Below, piece after piece: positions 40,379 to 50,456 of a stretch of DNA of 64,000 nt. The stretch is from Methanocellales archaeon. Lineage in GTDB: Archaea > Halobacteriota > UBA148 > JAUWXC01. Under the pieces are notes generated by a model. That model had not been told where the DNA came from, did not search any database, and worked only from the letters and a program-made list of their open reading frames with translations. The DNA is taken from NCBI GenBank assembly GCA_030018435.1, contig JASEEY010000001.1, positions 83,641 through 147,640 on the forward strand, in the 5' to 3' direction. Every line of letters starts with the position of its first letter. Within the stretch, counting starts at the first letter, position 1. A program made the translations under genes and the position numbers.

Positions 40379-40448
40379 TATCCAGACACGGAGGCGCTTG
40401 AATTTTTAAAACAGGCCCATGTTGATGTTGTGAGGTTTGGGTAGGTCA
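40379..40448 (+). repeat. Direct repeat copy 3 (70 bp, identical to 39056-39125)
   Basis: Direct sequence comparison. Confidence 0.95.
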
Positions 40449-40593
40449 AAGCCGTTGGTATAGGAAAAGAGAATGTAGAAAAGATAAGACAAGTTACATC
40501 CGAACTTGAGAATAAATACTCCAATATGACAAAAAATCGATGAAGAGAGAAGCGTTTATATCTGCTAAACTACCTTTTTATCGTCCTCAATTT

Positions 40594-41421
40594 TCAGACC
40601 ACCAACTTATCCCTGACCTTTGCATAGAACCCCCTGTCGGTTTTGACGAAGAGCGCCGGCGTCTTTGCCTTGGTGAATCTGATGACGTCCTTCTTCGTGA
40701 TTTTTTGAGTGTACTGCCCGTCTACGACGAGTAGCGCCTCCTTGCCGGCTTTCAGCAGCTCCACCCTTATCTCGCTGTCCGCCGGCACGACCCAGGGGCG
40801 GGCTGAAAGCTTGAATGGTGCCAGAGGAACGACGACGAATGCATCTATCTTGCGGTCAACGATTGGGCCACCCGCGCTCATGGCATATGCAGTCGAGCCG
40901 GTGGGCGTTGCCAATACCAAACCGTCTGCTCTCGTGGTCTCGAGCTCCTTTTCGTCGACCAAAACCCTGAAATGAAGCATCTTCGCGGGTCTGGATGTTA
41001 CTATTACCGCTTCGTTGGTCGCAGGAGGAAGTTCTTCTTCATTGACAGATACGGCAAGTCGCGTTCTCTGCTCCACTTCAAATCCATCAAGCACTTTTTT
41101 GATGATGTCTTTCGCACTCTTCGCGCTTACATCTGCAAGAAATCCTATCTTGCCCATATCGATGCCCAGGATGGGAGTTGGCTTGCTCAATAGCTGAAGG
41201 GCTCTCAATATGGTGCCGTCCCCTCCCACGGTGATGAGTACATCCACATCCATATTGGCGATAGGAGTTGATTCACGCTTGCCGACCTTTGTAGCGGTCC
41301 TCGGGTCCAGGACGATTTTAACGGCATCCCCGATCTCATCCATGATCTCCTTCACCATTTGCACATCGCCCGCCTCGCACCTCGAGACGATTCCAACCTT
41401 CTTCGGTCTCATTTGTTCCAC
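40594..41421 (-). CDS. nadK: NAD kinase
   Basis: GGDGTIL, G..GFL, NE, DG...ATPTGSTAY.MSAGGP. Confidence 0.95.
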   Translation of the reverse strand: MEQMRPKKVGIVSRCEAGDVQMVKEIMDEIGDAVKIVLDPRTATKVGKRESTPIANMDVDVLITVGGDGTILRALQLLSKPTPILGIDMGKIGFLADVSAKSAKDIIKKVLDGFEVEQRTRLAVSVNEEELPPATNEAVIVTSRPAKMLHFRVLVDEKELETTRADGLVLATPTGSTAYAMSAGGPIVDRKIDAFVVVPLAPFKLSARPWVVPADSEIRVELLKAGKEALLVVDGQYTQKITKKDVIRFTKAKTPALFVKTDRGFYAKVRDKLVV

Positions 41422-42191
41422 TCTCTCAGCCTAGCAAGCAGGTCATCGTGGATGCGCCCATTGGATGCCATGATATTGACCCTTTCTTTGATCGTGAGCG
41501 GATTGTTTAATTGTACGCCAAAATCGTCCGTCACCACTCCCCCCGCCTCTTCAACGATGAGTTTTCCAGCCGCTACGTCTGTCACCCTTAGGCGGCTTCG
41601 CACATCTAAGAACGCATCCAGTTTTTGAGATGCCACATAGCATAATTCCAGTGCCGCGCTGCCCAGAAGCCTGACCTTCTTGCCGTTTTGATTCAAAAAA
41701 TCCCGTGCAAACGCACACCCATATATAGAGGCGCAATACGCGTCTGTGTCTTTTCTAGTAGACACGCGAATCTTCTCTCCGTTTAAAAATGCGCCCCTGT
41801 CCCTTTCTGCCGCATATACATCGCCCGTTACGAGGTTTTTCACATAGCCATAGTATATCTGAGAAAGATCATTCTTGCCAATTGCAATCGATACTGAGTA
41901 GAACGGTATACCTCTGAGGGCGTTATACGTACCGTCCAAAGGGTCGAGCACGATGTCGAATTCAGGATTGGTTCCAAGGATGACATCACCCATCTCTTCG
42001 CTCACCAGCCTGAGAGATCGTCCATCGTTCTTCAAAACATGAAGGGCAGCCCTCTCGGCCACATCGTCTATCATGGCGGTGGGTGTGCCATCCGCCCCCA
42101 TATAAAGAATCCTTTCGCCCCCATCGGCGCCGATGTATCCACGAATAGCGTTGCCGATTGCGTTTGCGATATCCTCGCACAGCTTCTTCAT
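41409..42191 (-). CDS. suhB: Inositol monophosphatase / FBPase
   Basis: SEE, DPLDGT.N, GSAALELC, D.AAG..I..EAGG. Confidence 0.9.
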   Translation of the reverse strand: MKKLCEDIANAIGNAIRGYIGADGGERILYMGADGTPTAMIDDVAERAALHVLKNDGRSLRLVSEEMGDVILGTNPEFDIVLDPLDGTYNALRGIPFYSVSIAIGKNDLSQIYYGYVKNLVTGDVYAAERDRGAFLNGEKIRVSTRKDTDAYCASIYGCAFARDFLNQNGKKVRLLGSAALELCYVASQKLDAFLDVRSRLRVTDVAAGKLIVEEAGGVVTDDFGVQLNNPLTIKERVNIMASNGRIHDDLLARLREWNK

Positions 42192-42271
42192 CGTATCATC
42201 TTATGTTATCGAAATACATTTAAATTGTGGTGATATGTATCTCAAGGTATCATACAAATGGAGGCTTTTTG

Positions 42272-42655
42272 ATGAAAGAACAAACCGAAGTTAGGGCTCT
42301 CAAAGAAGGGCGTTATGTCGTTATAGATGATGAGCCGTGTACGATCATCAGCATTGCCACATCCAAACCAGGCAAACACGGTTCCGCTAAAGCCAGAATA
42401 GATGCCATCGGCGTATTTGACGGGCAGAAAAGGTCGATTGTGCAGCCCGTTAGCGCAAAGATATACGTGCCCATTCTAGAGCGGAAGACTGCGCAGGTGC
42501 TCTCCTTCTCTGGAAAAAACGTCGTGCAACTGATGTCCATGGACGATTATTCTACGTTTGAACTCGTCATTCCAAACGAGCTGAGGACTAAACTAAAAGA
42601 AGGGCAAACTATCACCTATGTCGAGAGCATGGGGAAGAGGAAAATAATGCGGTGA
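42272..42655 (+). CDS. eif5a: Translation factor aIF-5A
   Basis: SKPGKHGSAK hypusination loop. Confidence 0.96.
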   Translation: MKEQTEVRALKEGRYVVIDDEPCTIISIATSKPGKHGSAKARIDAIGVFDGQKRSIVQPVSAKIYVPILERKTAQVLSFSGKNVVQLMSMDDYSTFELVIPNELRTKLKEGQTITYVESMGKRKIMR

Positions 42656-42661
42656 TGCTAT

Positions 42662-43519
42662 TTGTTCATCAAACCCACTTTTGCAGATGCCAATGCCGGC
42701 TATGAGGACGCAGAGTTTGTGATATTTGGAGTGCCATTTGACGGGACCTCGTGCTTCAGGTCTGGCTCAAGAAGGGCCCCTTCAGCGGTAAGAGGCGCAT
42801 CTTACAATTTTGAGTCATACGATCCCGAGCACGATGTCGACCTGTGTGATGTGCCATTTTGCGATATGGGAGATGTCGAGGTGAGCGTTTCAGTGGATGA
42901 AACGCTTGCTGACGTACAATCCAAAACGAAGCGCATCATCGATGATAACAAGATACCAATCATGATTGGCGGTGAACACTCTCTTACGTATGCATGTATC
43001 AGGGCATTTGGCGATGTGGGCGCAATCATCTTGGATGCGCATCTTGACCTGAGAGATGAGTATGCTGGCAGCAGGCAGAGTCATGCCTGTGTTTCGCGGC
43101 GAATACTCGAGGAAGTAGGCATCAAGAATTACGTTTCTATTGGCGTCAGGAGCGGTGCCAGGGAAGAATACGACTTTGCGAGACAAAACGGGGTTCGATT
43201 CTATGGTGTGGATCAAATTCAATCGAAAGGCGTTGTTAGCATCACGCAGGATAGCATCAAATATCTAGGCACAGGCAAAATCTATTTATCGATAGATATG
43301 GACGTAATCGACCCTGGATATGCGCCCGCCGTGGGAACGCCGGAGCCGTTTGGGTTGGCTCCGGCTGATATTGCGTGCGTCATCAAGGCACTTGCACCAC
43401 GTGTTGTTGGATTTGACCTGGTTGAGATTTCACCGGATTACGACCATGGGCAAACGTCTTTATTAGGGGCAAAACTGATTAGGGAGTTTATCGCAGCAAA
43501 GAAGGGTGTCGGAAAATGA
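42662..43519 (+). CDS. speB: Agmatinase
   Basis: GGEHS, DAHLD, SHAC, SIDMD.IDP..AP. Confidence 0.92.
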   Translation: MFIKPTFADANAGYEDAEFVIFGVPFDGTSCFRSGSRRAPSAVRGASYNFESYDPEHDVDLCDVPFCDMGDVEVSVSVDETLADVQSKTKRIIDDNKIPIMIGGEHSLTYACIRAFGDVGAIILDAHLDLRDEYAGSRQSHACVSRRILEEVGIKNYVSIGVRSGAREEYDFARQNGVRFYGVDQIQSKGVVSITQDSIKYLGTGKIYLSIDMDVIDPGYAPAVGTPEPFGLAPADIACVIKALAPRVVGFDLVEISPDYDHGQTSLLGAKLIREFIAAKKGVGK

Positions 43520-44448
43520 GCGAACTGCGGCGACCGATCAAACAGATGCGTATTAAAGACGGGATGACCGCTGGCGAGTTGATTGAAGAGATGAGCGACG
43601 CAGCTTTTGGCGCGGGAAGATTAGCGGAAGCGGTGGACATTTACGAGGAGATGTTGCGCAATGATACGACGAAGTTTTTTGGGCTTGCTGGAGCCATGGT
43701 GCCTGCAGGAATGCGCCTAATCGTCAAGGATTTAATCGAGGACGGTTACATCGACGTGCTCGTCACCACCGGCGCGAATCTCGTGCACGATTTAATAGAG
43801 GTATGGGGAGGCTATCATTACAGAGGCACGAGTTGTGCAGATGACATAGAATTGCATCATCAACAAATTAACAGGATATTTGACGTGTTCTTGCCAGAGG
43901 ACCATTTCACCGCCTTTGAAAAGAAGCTCTTGGACCTTTTTGTTGAGTTGAATAAAAAAGACATGAGCATCAGGGAATTGCTGATGGAGATCGGGCGCAG
44001 GGTAGATGCAGATTCGATTATGGGCGTTGCAGCGAGAAAGGACGTCCCCATTTTTTGCCCAGCCATAGCAGACTCTGCCATCGGACTGCAGGCATGGCTG
44101 CACACCCAGACCCAGAAGCTGAATGTTGACACCTTTAAGGACATGCATGAATTCATGGATATTTGTTATAAAGCCAAGAAGACCGGGGCGGTGTTCATTG
44201 GCGGTGGCGTTCCCAAGAATTTCATACTCCAGTCCATGATCGTAACGCCAAAAGGCGGGTTTGACTATGCAATACAGCTCACCATGGACAGGCCTGAAAC
44301 CGGCGGTCTTTCTGGAGCGACGTTGGATGAGGCGAAGTCATGGGGCAAGGTTGGTGCAGGCGCTAGGGCGGTCACCGTCTATGCTGACGCGACGATAACG
44401 TTGCCAATTCTAGTTGCGGCTGTGCGTGAACGCCTGGAGAGGAAATGA
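43516..44448 (+). CDS. dys: Deoxyhypusine synthase
   Basis: TTGAN..HD, GGGVPK, GGLSGA...EA.SWGK. Confidence 0.95.
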   Translation: MSELRRPIKQMRIKDGMTAGELIEEMSDAAFGAGRLAEAVDIYEEMLRNDTTKFFGLAGAMVPAGMRLIVKDLIEDGYIDVLVTTGANLVHDLIEVWGGYHYRGTSCADDIELHHQQINRIFDVFLPEDHFTAFEKKLLDLFVELNKKDMSIRELLMEIGRRVDADSIMGVAARKDVPIFCPAIADSAIGLQAWLHTQTQKLNVDTFKDMHEFMDICYKAKKTGAVFIGGGVPKNFILQSMIVTPKGGFDYAIQLTMDRPETGGLSGATLDEAKSWGKVGAGARAVTVYADATITLPILVAAVRERLERK

Positions 44449-44852
44449 AGATCAAAGGGATAGCAAGGGATACACTGCATTTTATACTGGGAGCCAGCAG
44501 GTCTTCATATCCAAAAGAATTTGCTGCTTTGCTGAGGGCTAACGAGGATATTATCACGGATGTGCTCCTGCTGCCGGGTACGGAGTCATCTGAGGTCAGC
44601 GCAGTTATGCGATTGTATATGATGCCCATGAGCGTGGACAGTGCTGGCTCCGTTCACAGCCATCCTTCCTCGGACATAACTCCATCAAAGGAGGATTTGA
44701 TGATGTTTGGACGCACCGGCGATTATCACGTGATTGTAGGACATCCCTACACGGAGCAGAGCTGGGCATGCTATGACGCTGCTGGGAAAAGAAGAAACTT
44801 GCCGGTGTTAGATGTGCAGATTGAGGACGATTTAGATGCATGGGATGATTAG
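44445..44852 (+). CDS. JAMM/MPN+ metalloprotease
   Basis: E...HSHPS....PS..D. Confidence 0.88.
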   Translation: MKIKGIARDTLHFILGASRSSYPKEFAALLRANEDIITDVLLLPGTESSEVSAVMRLYMMPMSVDSAGSVHSHPSSDITPSKEDLMMFGRTGDYHVIVGHPYTEQSWACYDAAGKRRNLPVLDVQIEDDLDAWDD

Positions 44853-45275
44853 ATGACAAAGGTGCTTGCCACAGGAACCTTTGAGATACTGCATCCTGGG
44901 CACCTTACGTACTTGCAAAAGGCAAAGGAGTTGGGTGACGAGCTCATCGTAATCGTTGCTCGGGATAAGATGATCAAGCACAAGCGAAAGCCGCTCATCC
45001 CTGAAAAGCAGCGATTGGAGATGGTGCGGGCACTTAAAATTGTGGATAAGGCCATTCTTGGTAGCGAGAAGGACATTTTTGAGCCCTTACAGGAGATTGA
45101 GCCCGACATCATCACATTGGGGTATGACCAGCGGTTTGATGAAGAGACGTTAATGAAAGAGTTGCGCAAGAGGGGGCTAATGGCAGAAGTGGTGCGCATA
45201 GAGTCCATCAACCCTGGTCAACTGTGTGGCAGTGGTAAGATTATAAAAAAGATCGTGGATGAATTTAGGGACTAA
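44853..45275 (+). CDS. ribL: FAD synthase
   Basis: GTF.ILHPGH, VARD, LGYDQ. Confidence 0.88.
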   Translation: MTKVLATGTFEILHPGHLTYLQKAKELGDELIVIVARDKMIKHKRKPLIPEKQRLEMVRALKIVDKAILGSEKDIFEPLQEIEPDIITLGYDQRFDEETLMKELRKRGLMAEVVRIESINPGQLCGSGKIIKKIVDEFRD

Positions 45276-45700
45276 GCTCTACGAGTCTTCTCCTCAACTT
45301 CTCCTTCGGTGACCACCAAAACGGGGCAGGTTGCTAGGTTGATTACATCCTGGGCCGTACTCTGGTGAATGAACCTGTACATCTTGTCAAATCCATAATG
45401 TCCCATGATGATCATATCATATCCCTTGGCTACGTCAACGATTTTTGGGGGCAATTCATCCGCTCCGCCACCGAAATCTATCAACTCACAAGTAGTTTTT
45501 ATGCCCCTTTTGCGATGCTTTTCAGCATATTCGTCCAACGCTCTTCGTTTCGCGTCTTTGGTTTCTTTGGTATCATCCTTCAGGGTGCAAACGACGAGAT
45601 GTACGCTTGCATCTAATTGCTTTGCAATCCCAATTGACGTTTCGATGAGCCCCCCACTCTCCTTTAAAGGATTTATTGGAACCAGTACTTTCTTCACCAT
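45272..45700 (-). CDS. Universal stress protein
   Basis: KVLVP, D.IIMG, STA..V.....CPVLVV. Confidence 0.82.
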   Translation of the reverse strand: MVKKVLVPINPLKESGGLIETSIGIAKQLDASVHLVVCTLKDDTKETKDAKRRALDEYAEKHRKRGIKTTCELIDFGGGADELPPKIVDVAKGYDMIIMGHYGFDKMYRFIHQSTAQDVINLATCPVLVVTEGEVEEKTRRA

Positions 45701-46068
45701 TACAATAACCCCTTGATCTTGTCGGCTGCCTTCTCCATGTTCACGAGGATCAATCCCAATCCCGCCTCAGGAGGCGTCATGACCACCAATAATGCCTTAG
45801 GACCAGCACCAATGGTGATGACCTTTCCCTTCCTTGATTCAACGATGACCCTGTCCGGGATGCCCTTCTTCAACTCCAGTATCGCAGTCTCTGCGGCGCC
45901 AAGCATGGTAGCAGACATCGCGGCAAACGTATCGGCATGAACGCTCTTGGGAATATCAGATGCCATCAGCAGCCCGTCTCGTGATACTATAGCGGAGGCC
46001 TCTATGTCGCCGGTGCGTCCTAGGTCAGTTAGCACTTTTTCCAGCATCTCTACGGTTGTCATGCCCAC
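45700..46068 (-). CDS. Roadblock/LC7 domain protein
   Basis: SAIVSRDGL, AAMSA...GAA, LGL.L. Confidence 0.88.
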   Translation of the reverse strand: MGMTTVEMLEKVLTDLGRTGDIEASAIVSRDGLLMASDIPKSVHADTFAAMSATMLGAAETAILELKKGIPDRVIVESRKGKVITIGAGPKALLVVMTPPEAGLGLILVNMEKAADKIKGLL

Positions 46069-46106
46069 TCTGCCTATTAATGTGATGATACTTAAATTGT
46101 ATTATT

Positions 46107-47339
46107 TTATGTTCCATGCTTCCATCCAGACATATATCTCTCTTGCTCTTCGCTCATTCTATCGATATAAACGTTCATAAATTTCAACTTTAGGCGTGCA
46201 ACCAGCTCATCAACCTCTTGCGGGACGCTATACACTTCGTTCTCAAGCTCTCCTTCATGCTCAATGATGTGCTTAACGCATAGCGCTTGATTGGCAAAGC
46301 TCATATCCATGACTTCGACGGGATGACCGTCGCCTGTTACAAGATTGACCAATCTCCCTTTACCGAGAACATAGAGTTTCTTATCTCGTAGCACATATTC
46401 ATCGACATTTGTTCTGATCTTTCTGATATCAGCTGCCATCTCCTTGAGCTGGTTCAGATTGATTTCCACGTCAAAATGGCCTGCGTTGGCCAATACGGCT
46501 CCGCCTTTCATGAGCTTGAAATGCTCTTTTGTGATGACGTCTATATCACCAGTGGTGGTGATGAAAATATCGCCGATTTTTGCGGCTTCTTTCATCGGCA
46601 TCACCCTGTATCCATCCATTCTTGCTTCCAGTGCCCTGATTGGGTCGACCTCGGTCACTATCACATTTGCGCCATGCCCCTTAGCCCTCATTGCAACACC
46701 TCTACCGCACCACCCATATCCTGCTATGACGATGTTTTTCCCGGCGATCAACAAATTCGTCGTCCTGATGATTCCATCCCACGTTGACTGGCCAGTGCCA
46801 TACCGGTTATCAAACAGGTACTTCGTCCTGGCATCGTTTACTGCAATTACTGGAAATTTCAGCGCACCCTCAGCCTGCATTGCCCTCAGGCGACGTACCC
46901 CAGTCGTCGTTTCTTCGCATGCACCGATTATGTCTGGGATTAATTCTTTGCGATTGCTATGAATCTTGAAGATGAGATCAGCGCCATCATCGATGGTGAT
47001 ATCCGGCCTGTGATTCAGCACCGCATCAATGGCATGGTAATATTCCTTCGTAGAACAGTCGTGTTTTGCATAGCATGGTATACCCCTCTTGCGCAGCGAT
47101 AGCGATACATCATCCTGCGTGCTCAGAGGATTGCAACCTGTGATGGCGACTTTCGCGCCACCCGCTATTAGGGTTTCAACCAGCACGGCGGTCTTAGCCT
47201 CAACGTGAAGCGCCATTCCAATGGTATGTCCTATAAGGGGTTTGTCTTTATCAAACTGCTTACGTATCTCTCCGAGAACGGGCATGTGCTCTCTTGCCCA
47301 CTCTATTTTTAGGTCGCCTTGTCTGGCTTCACTTTTCAT
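46107..47339 (-). CDS. ahcY: S-adenosylhomocysteine hydrolase
   Basis: NPLSTQD, EETTTG, FDNRYGT, GYGWCGRG, GRLVNL...GHP. Confidence 0.96.
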   Translation of the reverse strand: MKSEARQGDLKIEWAREHMPVLGEIRKQFDKDKPLIGHTIGMALHVEAKTAVLVETLIAGGAKVAITGCNPLSTQDDVSLSLRKRGIPCYAKHDCSTKEYYHAIDAVLNHRPDITIDDGADLIFKIHSNRKELIPDIIGACEETTTGVRRLRAMQAEGALKFPVIAVNDARTKYLFDNRYGTGQSTWDGIIRTTNLLIAGKNIVIAGYGWCGRGVAMRAKGHGANVIVTEVDPIRALEARMDGYRVMPMKEAAKIGDIFITTTGDIDVITKEHFKLMKGGAVLANAGHFDVEINLNQLKEMAADIRKIRTNVDEYVLRDKKLYVLGKGRLVNLVTGDGHPVEVMDMSFANQALCVKHIIEHEGELENEVYSVPQEVDELVARLKLKFMNVYIDRMSEEQERYMSGWKHGT

Positions 47340-47481
47340 GTTTCGTCTCTTCCTTTGCAGATTGGATTGCCTCGATTAGTTTTAACACCGCAACTATCAC
47401 AGCCAAAGCCGAGATTATGATTGAAACCAACGAACTCACCCTTTTGCACAATATGATTGTGCGTTCAAGGAACGTTAACAT
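47329..47481 (-). CDS. 50-aa single-TM small protein overlapping the ahcY start
   Basis: MLTFLERTIILCKRVSSLVSIIISALAVIVAVLKLIEAIQSAKEETKHEK*, SD-like AGGTGG upstream. Confidence 0.55.
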   Translation of the reverse strand: MLTFLERTIILCKRVSSLVSIIISALAVIVAVLKLIEAIQSAKEETKHEK

Positions 47482-47528
47482 CTAACCACCTTTAGGAAGT
47501 ATGGTGACAGTATATAAAACCTAAGCGA

Positions 47529-48800
47529 TCAGCGACCCATCAAGTCTTTTGCTCTTTCTTCTGCTCTGGCCATTATCTCCGCCTCATCGAACATCTTGAC
47601 CTCGTAGTCCTCCATCAATATTTTTCCATCGACGATGGTTGTAGACACATCGCTGCCTTTAGCGCAGTAGACCAAGTGCGAAATCAAATCATGCTTTGGC
47701 GTTAAATGGGGCTTGTTTATATCCACGATGATGACATCGGCTTTTCTACCCTCTGCGATGATGCCCGTATCGAGTCCCATAGAGATGGCACCGTCAACCG
47801 TTGCCATCTCCAGTGCTTTTTGCGCTGGTATTGCAGTAGGCTCGAGTTTGTGAACCTTATGGAGCAGTGCCACCATCTTCATTTCATGAAACATGTCGAG
47901 GGTATTATTCGATGCGCATCCATCTGTCCCCAATCCTACGGTAATCCCTGCATTGTGGAGCTCAGGAACCGGCGCAACCCCGGACGCGAGTTTCATATTG
48001 CTGGTCGGATTGTGCGCCACCTTGACATCGTTCTCCTTCAGAATGCGGATATCCTCTGGCGAGAGCCAGACGCAGTGCGCAGCCAGAACATCGGGTCCCA
48101 GGAAACCCAGGACATCCAGCAATTTAACCGGACTCATGTCGTACTGCACCTCTATCTGATCCACTTCTGCCTTTGTCTCAGATACATGGATGTGAATTCC
48201 CACATCACCTTTGTCGGCCTGTTTCCTTACGCGCACCAAGAATTCTGAAGAGCATGTGTTAGGCGCATGCGGACCATACATAGCAGTTATCCTGCCATTA
48301 GAAGCGCCGTTCCACTTCTTGACGAACTCCTTGCCGATCTTGAGTTCCTTCTCACCTTTTTCTTCATCCCCCAGTTCGATCATGCCATAGGATAGTACGC
48401 CTCTAAGCCCAGACGCCTCTACTGCCTTGGCAGTTCCATCCATTCTGATGTACATGTCTGCAAAGGCAGCTGTGCCTGATTTGATCATTTCAAGGCAACC
48501 TAGCAACGTTCCAACATGTACGTCATCCTCTGTCAGCTTGGCCTCGATCGGCCATATGTGTTCATTGAGCCACTCTTTCAGCGGAAGATCATCCGCATAG
48601 CCCCTGAACAATGTCATGCCAAGATGTGTGTGCGCATTGATCAATCCGGGCATCACGATATTGCCATTCGCATCTATTACGTGCTCTGCAGCATCTTTTC
48701 CACCAATGTTCGTGATAATTTCGTCTTCGATTAATAGCGACTTTTCAACAAAACCCTTCGGCGTTAGGATGCGTCCATTCTTGATCAGTATGTCTGCCAT
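47529..48800 (-). CDS. mtaD: 5'-deoxyadenosine / MTA / SAH deaminase
   Basis: PGLINAHTH, HIHVSET, AHCVW, GTDG..SNN; next to ahcY. Confidence 0.88.
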   Translation of the reverse strand: MADILIKNGRILTPKGFVEKSLLIEDEIITNIGGKDAAEHVIDANGNIVMPGLINAHTHLGMTLFRGYADDLPLKEWLNEHIWPIEAKLTEDDVHVGTLLGCLEMIKSGTAAFADMYIRMDGTAKAVEASGLRGVLSYGMIELGDEEKGEKELKIGKEFVKKWNGASNGRITAMYGPHAPNTCSSEFLVRVRKQADKGDVGIHIHVSETKAEVDQIEVQYDMSPVKLLDVLGFLGPDVLAAHCVWLSPEDIRILKENDVKVAHNPTSNMKLASGVAPVPELHNAGITVGLGTDGCASNNTLDMFHEMKMVALLHKVHKLEPTAIPAQKALEMATVDGAISMGLDTGIIAEGRKADVIIVDINKPHLTPKHDLISHLVYCAKGSDVSTTIVDGKILMEDYEVKMFDEAEIMARAEERAKDLMGR

Positions 48801-48882
48801 GCGAACCCTACTTAGCTATAGTGTAGGATTATATAAAGATAACAAAACTTCATATGTGATTAAAGGTTACATTGAGGATAAT

Positions 48883-49737
48883 ATGAAAATCGCACTGCCC
48901 AATAAAGGACGGCTGTATGAGCCATGCATCCAGCTATTCGAACGGGCTGGATTGCGTGCCATCGATGCAGGCATGAGAAGGTTATTTGCGAAGACGCCCG
49001 ACTCAGAGGTGGACATACTGTTTGCGAGGGCGCAGGACATTCCTGAATATGTGCAGGACGGCGCTGCAGACATGGGCGTGACTGGTTATGATTTGATAAT
49101 GGAAACGCGTGCCAACGTGGAGGTGCTGCTCGACCTCAAATTTGGGGTAGCGGAGCTGGTGCTGGCTGTGCCAAGTGCCTCCAAAATAAAAGCGGCGGGC
49201 GATTTAAGAGGCAAGAGAGTTGCAACCGAATTCCCCAATCTTGCCAGTCAATTTTTCAAGGAGAAAGGGATCGATGTCAAGATTGTGGAAGTATCCGGCG
49301 CTGCCGAGATGACACCTTATGTCGGCATTGCGGAGGCCATTGTCGATTTAACGAGTTCCGGCACGACCTTAGCGGTCAATCGACTAACGATAGTTGAGCG
49401 CATACTGTCGACTTCAGCCAGACTGATTGCCAACAAGGAGAGTATGAAGCAAAATAGGAAGAAAATAGAGGAGATTCGAACGGCTCTGGAAAGCGTGATT
49501 CAGGCGGAAGGTAAACGATATATCATGATGAACCTGCCAAAAGAAGCGCTCAAAAAAGTGAAGGAGGTAATGCCTGGACTGGCAGGACCGACCGTGATGG
49601 ATGTAGTGGCGAGTACACCGACAGTGGCAGTGCATGCGGTCGTCGATGAGGAGGACGTATTCACCATCATAAATGAGCTTAAGAGGGTTGGCGCAAAGGA
49701 CATTCTAGTTGTGCCAATAGAGAGGATGGTGCGGTGA
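48883..49737 (+). CDS. hisG: ATP phosphoribosyltransferase (long form)
   Basis: IALPNKGRL, DIP.YV, G..E..P..G.A.AI.D...SG.TL. Confidence 0.95.
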   Translation: MKIALPNKGRLYEPCIQLFERAGLRAIDAGMRRLFAKTPDSEVDILFARAQDIPEYVQDGAADMGVTGYDLIMETRANVEVLLDLKFGVAELVLAVPSASKIKAAGDLRGKRVATEFPNLASQFFKEKGIDVKIVEVSGAAEMTPYVGIAEAIVDLTSSGTTLAVNRLTIVERILSTSARLIANKESMKQNRKKIEEIRTALESVIQAEGKRYIMMNLPKEALKKVKEVMPGLAGPTVMDVVASTPTVAVHAVVDEEDVFTIINELKRVGAKDILVVPIERMVR

Positions 49738-50456
49738 GTTTCGAGGTGATCCCCGCTGTTGACATAAAGGGTGGCAAATGCGTGCAACTCGTTCAGGGCG
49801 TGCCCGGTACGGAGACGGTTTCCTTGGAGGATCCAGTGGGGGTGGCGATGCGCTGGGCTGAAGAGGGTGCCAAACGTCTGCACCTGGTGGATTTGGATGG
49901 CGCATTTGAAGGGACGCGAAAAAATGCACATCTGATCGAACAAATCGTGGAAACATGTCCTTTGGCGATACAGGTTGGAGGGGGCATACGCTCCTATGAG
50001 GAGGCGGTAGCCCTTCTTAATCTGGGCGTTGACAGAATCATCATGGGAACTGCAGCAGTGAGAGACGCGATGCTTGTCAAAAGATTGGTAGATGAGCATG
50101 GAAGCAAACGCATCATGACCGCTCTGGATGTAAAAGGTGGGCATGTCATGATCGAGGGTTGGAAAAGAAGTGCTGGCAAGGATCCAGTGGAGTTAGGTGT
50201 AAAACTGGAAAAATTGGGCGCTGGCTTCATACTCTTCACCAATGTGAACGTCGAGGGATTGTTGCGCGGAATAGACCCAGAGCCAATCAGGGCGCTAGTT
50301 CAGGCGGTGCACATCCCTGTGATCGCATCTGGTGGTGTCACATCCCTGGACGATTTGATTGCCATCAGAGATGCTGGTGCGGCTGGTGCGGTCGTAGGAA
50401 CGGCACTATATAAAGGCAATTTTACGCTGAGAGAAGCGATGAAGGTGGTGGGATGA
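49734..50456 (+). CDS. hisA: ProFAR isomerase
   Basis: IPAVD..GG.CV.L.QG, HLVDLDGA, QVGGGIR, ASGG. Confidence 0.95.
   Translation: MSFEVIPAVDIKGGKCVQLVQGVPGTETVSLEDPVGVAMRWAEEGAKRLHLVDLDGAFEGTRKNAHLIEQIVETCPLAIQVGGGIRSYEEAVALLNLGVDRIIMGTAAVRDAMLVKRLVDEHGSKRIMTALDVKGGHVMIEGWKRSAGKDPVELGVKLEKLGAGFILFTNVNVEGLLRGIDPEPIRALVQAVHIPVIASGGVTSLDDLIAIRDAGAAGAVVGTALYKGNFTLREAMKVVG

Noticed and set aside
39023-40448. CRISPR array interpretation of the three repeats
   Set aside because: Repeats are 70-100 bp of coding sequence separated by whole genes; no cas genes present.
42272-44448. eIF5A-agmatinase-deoxyhypusine synthase cluster
   Set aside because: Well-established archaeal hypusination neighbourhood.
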